A stretch of 64,000 nucleotides of DNA from an uncultured bacterium (GTDB lineage: Bacteria; Eisenbacteria; RBG-16-71-46; CAIMUX01; WJJG01), in NCBI GenBank assembly GCA_964585945.1, contig CAZPGB010000028.1, positions 8,736-72,735 of the forward strand. The letters run 5' to 3'. A program made the translations under genes and the position numbers. Shown piece after piece: positions 28,596-38,458 of the stretch. The stretch's first letter is position 1; every line of letters starts with the position of its first letter. Under the pieces are notes generated by a model. That model had not been told where the DNA came from. It ran no database searches and saw only the letters and a list, made by a program, of their open reading frames with translations.

Positions 28596-30776
28596 CTATC
28601 TCAGTAGTAAAATACGCACCCGGTCTTCTTGGCGTTCCGCCGCGACGGGCCCCGGCGGCTCCAGCGTGGCGAAGTAGACGCCCGCGGGCAGGGGCTGATT
28701 GGAGCGATCGCGCCCGTCCCATCGGAAGACGCCGGCCTCCGGCGTCAAATGGCGCACGACGCGGCCGGCCGGATCGACAATGCGCAGGCGCAGTCCCGCA
28801 ACGGCGCTCTGGGCGGCGGCCACGTCGGCCGCCGGTCGCAGGGGGATGATGGTCTCGCCGCGGGTGGGATTGGGGTAGGCACGTCCCAGGCGCACCGACC
28901 CTGCGTCCTCGCCGCGTGCGCCCTCCTCCGCGAGACGTCCCTCGTTCTCCGCCACGGCCTGGGGATCCGACACGAAGAGCACCTTGCCCAGCACCCAGTT
29001 CATCGGGTCGATCGCCAGCTCCTCGGGCACGCCGGGCACCTCGACCACGAACTGTTGATCGGGCAGGCTGTCCCACAGCACCGTCGTGAAGGTGTCGCCG
29101 CCGGTGAGCGTGAAGACCGCATCGAGCGGCATCTTGAAGTACTGGGTGCCGTTGTGGGTCTGCCCGATGTCGATCACCACGATCGTCGTTCCGTCGGTCG
29201 AGGAGGCGACCGGGTTCCAGTGCACGCGGTAGCGGGGCTGCCCCTCGCCGTAGACCCACTGCTCGAAGAACCAATCCAGCGGCGCGCCCCACGCCTCCTC
29301 GAAAACCGCGCGCAGGTCCTCGGTGACGGCGCTCGCGTAGGCGAACCGCTCGCCCCAGAGCTGGAGGCCGGCGAAGAACGTCTCGTCGCCCACCACGTGG
29401 CGCAGCATGTGCATCACCCAGGCGCCCTTGCGGTAGACGGTCGAGTTGAAGAGGAAGTCGGGGTCGTAGCACGACCCGGGAAATCGGTCGCGCGCCTTGG
29501 CGAGCATGACCGCCCGCAGGCTGTCGGGGCCGCCCAGATGCTCGGCCCACAGGCCTTCCGCGTAGGTGGCGAAGCCCTCGTTGAGCCAGATGTCGCGCCA
29601 GGTCCCGCAGGTCACCAGGTTGCCCCACCACTGATGCGCCAGCTCGTGGACGATCACCCAGTCGGGCCGCTCGGGCAGCACCTGGAAGTAGTCGCCCATG
29701 CTGCTCAGCGTCTGGTGCTCCATCGCCCCGCCCCACGGGTACTCGACCATGCCGTACTTCTCGTCCAGGAACGGGTACTCGCCGTAGAGCTGGGCCAAGA
29801 CATGGATCGCCTCGGGCGTGAAGGCCCAGTAGTCCTGAGCGCCCTCGAGGTGCTCGGGGTACGCGTAGTAGGCCAGCGGCATCTCGGTCACCCCGTCGAG
29901 CGCGACGTAGGTGTCGCCGAACTCGACGAAGTTCGTGGCGGTCAGGCTGACCAGGTAGGTGGTGATCGGATAGGAGACGTTCCAGCGGAACCACATCGTG
30001 TCGCCGGGACCCGGTATGCGCTCCACGAGCGTCCCGTTCGAGGCGGCGATCATCGTGTCGGGCACGATGAAGGTCAGGTCGGCGGTGAACTTGTCGTCGG
30101 GCCGGTCCTTGCAGGGCCACCAGGTGCGCGCGGCGATCGGCTCGCAGTTGGTGAAGACGCACGGCACGCCGTCGTGCTCGCGGTAGTCGAAGCCCCACAG
30201 GAAGCCCAGCTCGGGCACGCCGCGGTAGCCGACAGCCGCGCTCACGGTGTCGCCGACCGCCACGGGCCCGGGAAGCTCGAGGCGCAGGCGGTCGTCGGCG
30301 TGCGTGTAGGACGCCGGTTGGGAGTTCACCAGGACCTGATGAATGGTAAGGCTGGTGGTGAAGTCGAAGTCGAGGGCCGTGATGGTGGGGTCGGTGATCA
30401 CCAGTGTCCATGTGGCCAGCCCGCTGAGGCCTTCGATGTCCCACAGGGGCTCGACGAGCAGATCGACGTAGATGGCGTCGTAGCCGCTCGAGTCGGGGTC
30501 CCAGAGCTCGCGCGCGGCCCAATCGTCGAGCCCCAGGGCCAGGGCCGCGGCCGCCTTGCGGTCGGCCATCTCCGCGGGCGAGGGGGGCAGGCCGTTCCAG
30601 GTGAGGAGCTCGGGACGGTCCGCCCGATCCGCGGGCGCGCCGGCACCATGCCCGGACGACGCCGCGAACCCCTGCGTCGGCCCCAGCTCGCGGGCCGGCG
30701 AGGCGCCGCCGGGCAGGATCGGGAGACCGCCGAGCGCCAGCGCGAGGATGACGAACCTGTGTCGCCGGGTGCTCAC
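28596..30776 (-). CDS. secreted M1 family aminopeptidase with C-terminal FlgD-Ig/T9SS-like domain
   Basis: GTG 30776 overlaps the ispH stop; signal peptide; GGAMEHQT, HELAHQWWGNLVT..WLNEGFATY, VYRKGAW; C-terminal AYPNP..DPAGRVVR..WDGRDRS..PAGVYFA. Confidence 0.88.
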   Translation of the reverse strand: MSTRRHRFVILALALGGLPILPGGASPARELGPTQGFAASSGHGAGAPADRADRPELLTWNGLPPSPAEMADRKAAAALALGLDDWAARELWDPDSSGYDAIYVDLLVEPLWDIEGLSGLATWTLVITDPTITALDFDFTTSLTIHQVLVNSQPASYTHADDRLRLELPGPVAVGDTVSAAVGYRGVPELGFLWGFDYREHDGVPCVFTNCEPIAARTWWPCKDRPDDKFTADLTFIVPDTMIAASNGTLVERIPGPGDTMWFRWNVSYPITTYLVSLTATNFVEFGDTYVALDGVTEMPLAYYAYPEHLEGAQDYWAFTPEAIHVLAQLYGEYPFLDEKYGMVEYPWGGAMEHQTLSSMGDYFQVLPERPDWVIVHELAHQWWGNLVTCGTWRDIWLNEGFATYAEGLWAEHLGGPDSLRAVMLAKARDRFPGSCYDPDFLFNSTVYRKGAWVMHMLRHVVGDETFFAGLQLWGERFAYASAVTEDLRAVFEEAWGAPLDWFFEQWVYGEGQPRYRVHWNPVASSTDGTTIVVIDIGQTHNGTQYFKMPLDAVFTLTGGDTFTTVLWDSLPDQQFVVEVPGVPEELAIDPMNWVLGKVLFVSDPQAVAENEGRLAEEGARGEDAGSVRLGRAYPNPTRGETIIPLRPAADVAAAQSAVAGLRLRIVDPAGRVVRHLTPEAGVFRWDGRDRSNQPLPAGVYFATLEPPGPVAAERQEDRVRILLLR

Positions 30777-32014
30777 CGCTTCACCTCCCGGCAGAGCGCC
30801 AGCAGGCGCGCGCACACGCGGTCGGTCTCGGGGTCGGGGGTGGAGGCCCCCGCCGTGACGCCGATCGTGCCCGGCGCGGGCGGCAGCCAGTCGGTCACGA
30901 CCTCCGGCTCCGATGAGCCGGGCGCCAGGCGCCGAATGCGGCGACCGTCGATGAGGCACTCCGCATCCTCGATGTGAAACACGCGCGTCTGCCCGGCGGC
31001 CAGCGCCGCCAGGTGGGCGGTATTGCTCGAGCGGAAGCCGCCTACGACGAGCATCGCATCCAGGTCTCCTTCGGCGAGCAGCCGTCGCACGGCATCCTGG
31101 CGTTCCTGCGTCGCGGGGCAGAAGGTGTCCTCCGTGCACAGGCGGAGGTCGGGCGGCGTTGCTCCGGCCATCACGCTCATCTCGCCGCGCCGCACGCGCA
31201 CCGCGGCGGCCAGGATGTCGCCGATCGCTTCGGTCTCGCTGCTCAGCATGGTCGTCTGGTTGACCAGCCCCAGGCGGTCGAGGTCGCGCTCGGGATCGAA
31301 GCCCGGGCTGCATGTGCCCGCGAACGCCGCGGCGAATGCCTCGCGGAAGGTCGTGGCCGCGCCGTCGGGCGCCTCCCGGCGCACGGCCGCGGCCAACTGC
31401 TCCGCTTCGCGTCGATTGCGCACGATGACATAGGGACCCGTGGTTCGCGAGGCGGTCGCACGGGTCTCCTCGTGCTCCACCTTGCCGTGAATCACGGTGG
31501 TCAGTCCCTCGCGGCCGAAGCGCTCGACCGTCCGCCAGGTGCGCCGCACCCATCCACACGTCGTGTCGATGATGCGGCAGCCGATGCGCTCCAGCGCTCG
31601 CGCTTCCTCGATCGGATTGCCGAAGGCGGGCACGATCACCCAGTCCGAGGCCCGGATCACGCTCAGCCGGTCGGCGGCGCCGTTGGTGGGCAGGATGCGG
31701 ATGCCGGCACGCCGCATCCGCTCGTTCGTCGATGGGTTGTGGATGATCTCACCGGTCAGGAAGATCCGCGGGCGGGGAGCGGGTCCCTGCCAGTGCTCGA
31801 GTTCCTCGGCCGCCCGCAACGCACGGGCCACGGCGCTCTGGACGCCCTGACAGAAGCCGAACGTCTGGGCCAGACGGATCGTCAGGCCGCACGGGTCGGT
31901 GAGCCGGCCCCGCGCGCGCAGCTCGGCGAGCGCCGGACGCAGCGATCCGTCAACGGCGTCAACAGCCCGGTATCGGGGCGTGTCCTGGGCGTCTGTCGTG
32001 CGGTCGGACTTCAT
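30773..32014 (-). CDS. ispH: 4-hydroxy-3-methylbut-2-enyl diphosphate reductase
   Basis: FGFCQGV, EIIHN, PAFG, DTTC, HGKVEHEET, NQTTM, DTFCPATQERQ, SSNT, TAGASTP. Confidence 0.9.
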   Translation of the reverse strand: MKSDRTTDAQDTPRYRAVDAVDGSLRPALAELRARGRLTDPCGLTIRLAQTFGFCQGVQSAVARALRAAEELEHWQGPAPRPRIFLTGEIIHNPSTNERMRRAGIRILPTNGAADRLSVIRASDWVIVPAFGNPIEEARALERIGCRIIDTTCGWVRRTWRTVERFGREGLTTVIHGKVEHEETRATASRTTGPYVIVRNRREAEQLAAAVRREAPDGAATTFREAFAAAFAGTCSPGFDPERDLDRLGLVNQTTMLSSETEAIGDILAAAVRVRRGEMSVMAGATPPDLRLCTEDTFCPATQERQDAVRRLLAEGDLDAMLVVGGFRSSNTAHLAALAAGQTRVFHIEDAECLIDGRRIRRLAPGSSEPEVVTDWLPPAPGTIGVTAGASTPDPETDRVCARLLALCREVKR

Positions 32015-32222
32015 GGTTTGAGCGCCATCCTCCCCGTCTACCCACCGGACGCCCGGCGCGTGGTTCCCGCCGCGCGCCGGACGGCCGGGCGCCGTGAGGT
32101 CGCCGGACCCTCGGCGAAGCGGCAATTGCCGTCAGGGCTATTCTAAGGCAAACTGGCCGGGAAGAAGCCGGCTTTCGCGACCTGGGTGCGTATCACCAAG
32201 GAAGATAGGAAGGTAGGCAGCC

Positions 32223-33155
32223 ATGCCCCCGGAAGATGCTGACCCGCGCGACCCGCGCACCCAGGGCGCGGGCGACGACGGCCCCTCTTTCCGGTCCGGC
32301 TACGTGGCCATCTGCGGCCATCCCAACGCCGGCAAATCGACGCTGCTCAACAGCATCATGCAGCACCAGCTCGCGATCGTCTCGCCCAAGCCGCAGACCA
32401 CCCGGCGCCGCACCCTGGGCATCCGCACCACCGATCGCGAGCAGATGATCCTCATCGACACGCCCGGCATCCTCGATCCGCGCTACGATCTGCAGTCGGC
32501 CATGATGAAACAGGTCGACCAGAGCCTGCTCGACGCCGACGTGGTCCTCTTTCTGGTCGACCTCACGCGACCCCGGATGGCGGACCAGATCGCCCGGATC
32601 AGCCGCCAGAAGCCGGTCATCGTGCTGCTCAACAAGGCCGACACGGTGGCGCGCCAGGAGGAGAACCTGCCGCTCATCGAGCGGATGCGGGGCCAGGGGG
32701 AGTTCCGCGAGTTCTTCGCGATCTCCGCTCTGCAGGGCCGGGGCATCCGCGAGGTGTTGGACAGGGTAGGGGAGCTGCTGCCCCCCGGCCCCCACTTCTA
32801 TCCACCCGACCAGATCACCGAACATCCGGAGCGCTTCTTCGTGGGCGAGATCATCCGCGAGACGATCTTCGAGCGGTTTCGGCAGGAGGTGCCCTACAGC
32901 ACCGAGGTTCAGGTCCTCGATTTCCAGGAGAAGCCGGAGGGCAAGGACTTCATCGACGCGGTGATCTTCGTCGAGAGTGAATCGCAGAAGGGCATCCTCA
33001 TCGGCAAGGGCGGCCGCGCCATCAAGAGTCTGGGCCAGACCGCCCGCAAGGCGATCGAGGAGTTCCTGGGCCGTGGGGTCTTCCTGAGCCTGCAGGTGAA
33101 GGTGATGCCCAACTGGCGACGCGACGCACGGGCGCTGAAGCGCTTCGGCTACTGA
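32223..33155 (+). CDS. era: GTPase Era
   Basis: GHPNAGKSTL, IVSPKPQTTR, DTPG, NKAD, EVPY, SQKGILIGKGG KH domain. Confidence 0.97.
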   Translation: MPPEDADPRDPRTQGAGDDGPSFRSGYVAICGHPNAGKSTLLNSIMQHQLAIVSPKPQTTRRRTLGIRTTDREQMILIDTPGILDPRYDLQSAMMKQVDQSLLDADVVLFLVDLTRPRMADQIARISRQKPVIVLLNKADTVARQEENLPLIERMRGQGEFREFFAISALQGRGIREVLDRVGELLPPGPHFYPPDQITEHPERFFVGEIIRETIFERFRQEVPYSTEVQVLDFQEKPEGKDFIDAVIFVESESQKGILIGKGGRAIKSLGQTARKAIEEFLGRGVFLSLQVKVMPNWRRDARALKRFGY

Positions 33156-33240
33156 CCCGCCGGTTGCGCCGGCCACCCGGCTACTGACCCGCCGGTCGCG
33201 CGGCCACCCGGCTACTGACCCGCCGGTCGTGCCGACTACC
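33146..33240. repeat. ~31-32 bp tandem repeat x3 spanning the era-metG intergenic region
   Basis: CGGCTACTGACCCGCCGGT.. at 33146, 33178 and 33209. Confidence 0.9.
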
Positions 33241-35179
33241 CGACCTTCGACCCCGGCGGCACGTCGCCGTCGATCGTGACCAGCTTGACCTGCTTGCCCG
33301 CCTGGGCGGCCAGCAGCATGCCCTGCGATTCCAGGCCCCGGATCTTGGCCGGCTCCAGGTTGGCCACCACGACGATCAGCTTGCCGACCATCTCTTCGGG
33401 CGAGTAGTGCTCGGCGATCCCGGCCACGATCTGGCGCTCCTCGTCTCCCAGCGTGATCTCCATCCGCAGCAGACGATCGGCCTTGGGAACGCGCTCGGCA
33501 CGCACTACCTTGGCGACGCGCAACTCGGTCTTGAAGAAGCTCTTGATGTCGATCAAAGCAATACCCTCCGGGGCCCCTCGAGCCGTCGCGACCTGCGGGC
33601 TCGCCGCGCTTGCAGGGCCCTTCGCTTCCGTCTGCGCCGGGGTGCGCGTGTCGATCCGCGGGAAGAGCGCTTCGACCGCGCCGATCGGCCGGCCGGGCTC
33701 CAGGCGCCCCCACTCGCGCAGCCCGCCGAGGTGGGGATCGATCTGCTGCGCCGGCAAGCCCAGCGAGCGGCGCAGCACCGACATCTTCGACGGGATCACC
33801 GGGAAGAGCAGTCCTGAGACCACGCGCAGACACTCGGCGCTCGTGTAGAGGACGGTCGCGAGGCGCTCGGTGTCGCCCTCCTTGGCCAGCTTCCAGGGCG
33901 CGGCCTGATCGAAGTACCGGTTGGCCTCACGGACCGTCTCGAGCACCCGGCCGATGCCGCGGTCGAGCGCCATGCCCTCGACATGGTCCTGCATCGCCTG
34001 CACGGCCCCGGATGCGCTCGCGCGCAAGCCCGCTTCCGCGTCCCCGGCCGGCCCGGGCCGGGGGATCTTCCCCTCGCACTGCTTGGCGATCATCTTGAGC
34101 ACCCGGCTGGCGAGATTGCCCAGGTCATTGGCCAGGTCCGAGTTGTAGCGCTTCACGAAGTTCTCCTCCGTGAAGACCGCATCCTGGCCCAGCGTCATCT
34201 CGGCCATCAGGTAGTAGCGCAGGCTGTCGACGCCGTAGCGCTCCATCATCACCATCGGATCGGTGACGTTGCCCTCCGACTTCGACATCTTCGACCCACC
34301 CGAGAGCCACCAGCCGTGCGCGAAGATCGTCTGGGGCATCGCGACGCCCATCGCCTTCAGCATCGTCGGCCAGTAGACCGTGTGGGTGGTGAGGATGTCC
34401 TTGCCGATGAGATGGTAGCTGACGGGCCACCACCGGCCGAAGCGCTCCTCGTCGCGCCGATACCCGATCGCGCTGATGTAGTTGACCAGGGCGTCGAACC
34501 AGACGTAGCAGACGTAGTCTGGGTCCCACGGCAGGTCGATGCCCCAGGGCAGCCGCGTCTTGGGTCTCGAGATGCAGAGGTCCCCCAACGGCTTCTTCAG
34601 GAAGCCGAGGGTCTCGTTGCGGCGGAAGTCGGGCTGGATGAACTGGGGGTTCTGCTGGATGTAGTCGACGAGCCACTGGTGGTAGTTGCTCATCCGGAAA
34701 AAGTAGTTGGTCTCGACGATCTTCTCGACCGGCTTGCCCTCGGGGCTCTTGCCGTCGATGAGCTCCTTCTCGGTGTAGAAGCGCTCTTCGCTGACGCAGT
34801 ACCAGCCCTCGTATTCGCCCCGGTAGATCTCGCCGCGGTCATACAGATCCTGGAGGATTTCCTGCACGACGGAGGTGTGCCGGTCCTCGGTCGTGCGGAT
34901 GAAGTCGTCGTTGGAGATCTCCAGGCGCTTCCAGGCCTCGATGAAGCGCACGACCGTTCGATCGGCCTGCTCCTGGGCGGAGATGCCCAGCTTCTTGGCC
35001 GCGTCGTGCACCTTCTGGCCGTGCTCGTCGGTGCCGGTCAGGAAATGGGTGGGCACTTCCAGGAGGCGGTAGTACCGGGCCAGGACGTCGGCGAGCATGG
35101 TGGTGTAGGCATGGCCCACGTGCGGCACGTCGTTGACGTAGTAGATCGGGGTCGTCACGTAGAAGGTGTCGCGTCGCAT
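33236..35179 (-). CDS. metG: methionine--tRNA ligase with C-terminal tRNA-binding domain
   Basis: FYVTTPIYYVND.PHVGH, GTDEHGQK, YVWFDALVNY, IGKDI, KMSKS, NLEPAKIRGLESQGMLL. Confidence 0.97.
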   Translation of the reverse strand: MRRDTFYVTTPIYYVNDVPHVGHAYTTMLADVLARYYRLLEVPTHFLTGTDEHGQKVHDAAKKLGISAQEQADRTVVRFIEAWKRLEISNDDFIRTTEDRHTSVVQEILQDLYDRGEIYRGEYEGWYCVSEERFYTEKELIDGKSPEGKPVEKIVETNYFFRMSNYHQWLVDYIQQNPQFIQPDFRRNETLGFLKKPLGDLCISRPKTRLPWGIDLPWDPDYVCYVWFDALVNYISAIGYRRDEERFGRWWPVSYHLIGKDILTTHTVYWPTMLKAMGVAMPQTIFAHGWWLSGGSKMSKSEGNVTDPMVMMERYGVDSLRYYLMAEMTLGQDAVFTEENFVKRYNSDLANDLGNLASRVLKMIAKQCEGKIPRPGPAGDAEAGLRASASGAVQAMQDHVEGMALDRGIGRVLETVREANRYFDQAAPWKLAKEGDTERLATVLYTSAECLRVVSGLLFPVIPSKMSVLRRSLGLPAQQIDPHLGGLREWGRLEPGRPIGAVEALFPRIDTRTPAQTEAKGPASAASPQVATARGAPEGIALIDIKSFFKTELRVAKVVRAERVPKADRLLRMEITLGDEERQIVAGIAEHYSPEEMVGKLIVVVANLEPAKIRGLESQGMLLAAQAGKQVKLVTIDGDVPPGSKVG

Positions 35180-35509
35180 CGGTCTCTCCATCTCGCCCAT
35201 GGCGCGGACCCGCCCACGAGCACAGGCGGGTCGCCTTCTCGCGGCGGCGGGCTGCCCTGCGTGCCGGCCCGCGCGTCTGGCAACGAATTGCCGAGTAGGA
35301 TAGCGAATCCTTGCGCCCGGGGCAAATGCCGCGTGCCGCAAGCGTCCGCGTCACCGCGCTCGTGATCCGGGGTTCGACGATCGTCCTTGCCAACGACTTG
35401 GAGTATACTGCCCGCGATTTGCACCGGCGCACCCGGCGGATCCGCTCACGCCGCGCCGGGTAAGACGCGGTGGACGTTGAGACCCGCGGTTCGAAGGCAG
35501 GAGGATGCT

Positions 35510-36496
35510 GTGAGGACGAGGGCAGGGGGACGGTCTGCACGTCGGTCTTGGGTTTGGTCGGGGTTGCTGCTCCTGGGTGCGGCCATGTCGCTGTCCGCGG
35601 CCGGATGCGGGGGCTCCGAGCAGGAATCGGAGAGCGCATCGGGGACCCAGGGCGAGAGCGGCGGCGGTCCGCGCCGCCCGGCGGTTTCGAGCGGCGAGCA
35701 TGTGCAGCGGCAAGAGCAGGAGCTCAACACCGCCCGGGCGAACGTCAACGAGCCGCCCAAGGCCCGGCTGGAGGTGATCCCCGAGGAGGGCTGGGCCGGT
35801 CTCACCGCGGTCCATTTCGACGCCGGCCTCAGCTCCGACGACTATTCGCTCTCGGGGCAGCTCCAGAAGCGCTTCGACTTCGACGGCGACGGAACCTGGG
35901 ACACCCGCTTTCAGCGCAGCTCCCGCGTCGGCCACACGTTCGAGCGGCCGGGACGCTACGCGCCGCGACTCGAGGTGCGCGACACGGGCGGCCGCTCCGA
36001 TTCGGTCACCGCACCGCCGATCACCATCCACCCTGCCTGCCCGCCGCCCGACTTCACGCTGGTCGATGTGAACCCGAACTCCCCGACCCGCGGCCGGTCC
36101 TTTCGGCTGGCGGACACCCGCGGGCGACCGGTCTTGGCCTGGATCGTGACGGTCAGCACCTGATGCGATCGCCAGCAGCAGTTTGCTGCTCTGGACGATT
36201 TCGCATTCGAGCTGCGCGACCAGGAGGCGTTTGCCGACCTGGTCGTCTGGGCCATCCTGCGGCGGGACGCCACCGAGCGCCAGCTTCGGACCATGGTCGA
36301 GTATCGCGAGCTGCCCGTGCTCGAGGACGTCGGAGGCGTGGGGGTGGACCAGCTCTACGGCGTGGGCAGCACGCGCATCTACCTGATCTTCGGTCGTGAC
36401 GGCTGCCTCATTCCCACCGAAGGACTGTCCGGCGCCAGAGTGGCCGAGAACCTGCAGCTCTTGATGCCCTACCTGGAGCAGGCCGCGGCGAACTAG
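35510..36496 (+). CDS. candidate selenoprotein: lipoprotein with PKD domain and thioredoxin/redoxin-like domain (Sec at TGA 36161-36163)
   Basis: AGGAGG RBS and GTG 35510; lipobox SAAGC; PKD motifs (FDAGLSSD, FDFDGDGTWD, HTFERPGRY); PDFTLVDVNPNSPT redoxin start; the frame stays open past TGA to TAG 36494-36496; SECIS-like hairpin at 36164-36205. Confidence 0.7.
36164..36205 (+). promoter_or_regulatory. candidate bacterial SECIS element
   Basis: The hairpin starts immediately after UGA: upper stem AGCAGCA/UGCUGCU closing a GUU loop 17 nt from the UGA; lower stem UGCGA/UCGCA with bulges. Confidence 0.62.
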
Positions 36497-37362
36497 GGGA
36501 ACGCGCGGTCACGGAGCATGCCCAGCTTCATGTTCTCCATGGGCAGGATCTCCTCGAGCAGGGGAGGGCTGCCGTCGGCGTAGACGACCTTGCGCATCCC
36601 GGGCGGGACGGTTGCGAGCTCGCCCTCACGCGGGCCCACGGTCACCCGCCCCTCGAGGACGCAGACGCAGGTGGCTTCCGGGGAATCGATCACGGCGATC
36701 GTGCTGCCCAGCAGCTCCACCTGGGCGATCTCGGTCTCGACGACCAGGCGGGCCCCGGCGAAGGCCGGGCCCGTCGTGAACCGCACCTCGCCTTGGGGGA
36801 CCTCGGCGCGGGCGGTGCGACTCCACCACCGGCCGGCCGGCTCGGGCAGAATGACCTCGCCCTGCGGCGCGATCTGCACCCAGAGCTGATCGCCGGCCAC
36901 GAGGTCGAGCGCCGTGGAATCGGGGCGCGTCACGTGGACACCGGGTCGCAGCTTCGTTTCGATCCCCACCAGGTCGTCGAGCGCCATCGGCGTGCCGTCG
37001 ATGACGACGTGACCCAAGGCGAGCGGGTCGGCGAGCTGCCACGTGGGTCCGCGGTTCAGCGCCGACGCGACGATCAGCAGCACCACCGCCGCCGCCGCCG
37101 CGAAGCCCAGGCCCAGGAAACTGAGCCGCCGGGGCCGCGGTCGGGCGTCTCGATCCGGTCGGGCTGGAGGAGCGTCCGGGTAGGCGTCGGCCCGCCGGGC
37201 TTCACGCGGGGCCGCCGCGCCGGCCGGCTGGTCGAGCGTTCCGTCCAGGAAGCGCCGCTTCAGGTCCGCCCGGAAGGCCGGGGATGCGGCGGGCGTGCGC
37301 AGCGATCCTACCGCCTCGCGGATGCGAAGCGCCTCTGCGCTGTATCGGTTCTCGCCCATCAT
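36493..37362 (-). CDS. transmembrane anti-sigma factor, FecR-like periplasmic domain
   Basis: N-terminal PAFRADLKRRF, single TM helix, FecR-like GEVRF..VETEIAQVELLGS..VCVLEGRVTV; coupled to the sigma gene. Confidence 0.72.
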   Translation of the reverse strand: MMGENRYSAEALRIREAVGSLRTPAASPAFRADLKRRFLDGTLDQPAGAAAPREARRADAYPDAPPARPDRDARPRPRRLSFLGLGFAAAAAVVLLIVASALNRGPTWQLADPLALGHVVIDGTPMALDDLVGIETKLRPGVHVTRPDSTALDLVAGDQLWVQIAPQGEVILPEPAGRWWSRTARAEVPQGEVRFTTGPAFAGARLVVETEIAQVELLGSTIAVIDSPEATCVCVLEGRVTVGPREGELATVPPGMRKVVYADGSPPLLEEILPMENMKLGMLRDRAFP

Positions 37363-38039
37363 CCCAGCTTGCTCCTGAGCCGTGCTCCCAGTTCCGCGAG
37401 CGCCCGCGAGTAGCGTTTGCGCGCCGCGTCGTGACCGAGCTGCAAGATCTCGGCCGCCTCCTTGTGCGTCAGCCCCTGGTAGTCGCGCAGCAGCACGATC
37501 TCGCGCAGCGACTCGGGCAGCTCGCCCAGCGCCTCCTGGACCAGCCGCTCGCGCTCGCCGAGCTCGCGCTCCTTGTCCGGCGTCGGGGCCGAATCGGTCA
37601 GTTCCTCCCTATAGTCGATCGAGCCGTTGACTGTGACCGCCTGCGCGGCCACCCGGTGCGACTTCGTGCGCACCACGGATCGACACGTGTTGAGCGCGAT
37701 GGTCATCACCCAGGGGGCCGGATCGCGCTCGGGATCGAGATTGGGGGCGCCCCGGTGGACCCGGAGGAAGACCTCCTGGGTCGCGTCCTGGGCCTGTTCG
37801 ACGTTGCCCAGGAAGCGGTAGGCGAGACCGTAAATGGCGTCGAAATAGTGATCGAAGAACGCCCCCAGCGCCCCGCGGTCCCGGCGGCGGACGCCTTCGA
37901 TGACCGATCGCTCGGGCGGCTCGAGCCGGCGCTCTTCGGCTCTGGATCGCTCGGATCCGGCCCGCGCCGGCCCCTCGGGTCGGGTCGGCCGGCCCTCTTG
38001 CCCGAGGGGGTGGTGCTTCTGATCGCCCGAGTCGTTCAC
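37359..38039 (-). CDS. ECF sigma-70 family RNA polymerase sigma factor
   Basis: AQDATQEVFL, WVMTIALNTCRS (region 2); LPESLREIVLLRDYQGLTHKEAAEIL (region 4); start GTG 38039 or 38051. Confidence 0.92.
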   Translation of the reverse strand: MNDSGDQKHHPLGQEGRPTRPEGPARAGSERSRAEERRLEPPERSVIEGVRRRDRGALGAFFDHYFDAIYGLAYRFLGNVEQAQDATQEVFLRVHRGAPNLDPERDPAPWVMTIALNTCRSVVRTKSHRVAAQAVTVNGSIDYREELTDSAPTPDKERELGERERLVQEALGELPESLREIVLLRDYQGLTHKEAAEILQLGHDAARKRYSRALAELGARLRSKLG

Positions 38040-38225
38040 CGCTCGCTCCACGCGTGAACCGCGACCTGCAGGTGACGCAGCGGCCCGGTCCGAAAGGCTG
38101 CCTCACGTTCGCGCGCTACCCGCAACATTGATTCATCGTTCGCTGCTCTCTGGTGCGCTGCTCGGCCGCGATCATACGTCAGCCCGCCGTGGGTCGCAAT
38201 GCGCGGAGCCCCACCCCGAAACAAA

Positions 38226-38255
38226 GGGGTACGCGCCAAGGTGGTCGAGTGTGAC
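38226..38255 (-). promoter_or_regulatory. putative ECF promoter toward the sigma gene (GTCACAC-N14-GCGTACCCC)
   Basis: The minus strand reads GTCACAC tcgaccaccttggc GCGTACCCC; mirror copy at 38281-38309. Confidence 0.55.
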
Positions 38256-38280
38256 AAATCACGCCCCCGCCTCAAAGCGC

Positions 38281-38309
38281 GTCACACCTTCTCGGTCGTC
38301 GCGTACCCC
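38281..38309 (+). promoter_or_regulatory. putative ECF promoter toward the spondin gene (GTCACAC-N13-GCGTACCCC)
   Basis: The plus strand reads GTCACAC cttctcggtcgtc GCGTACCCC; CGT-containing -10 typical of ECF promoters. Confidence 0.55.
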
Positions 38310-38458
38310 AGCCAAGCCGCCGCGGGATGCGCCCCCGGCCCCGCAGCGATCGAGAAGGATCGTGAGGCCTGCAGGACGCCACGAACCTGAAGGAGCCGAT
38401 AGATCCGCGGAACACACGAGACCCACGGCAGTCCAGGAAAGGACCGAAGGAGGTTTCC

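Noticed and set aside
33146-33240. Possible CRISPR mini-array
   Set aside because: The units are contiguous with near-identical intervening sequence and no unique spacers; reported as a tandem repeat instead.
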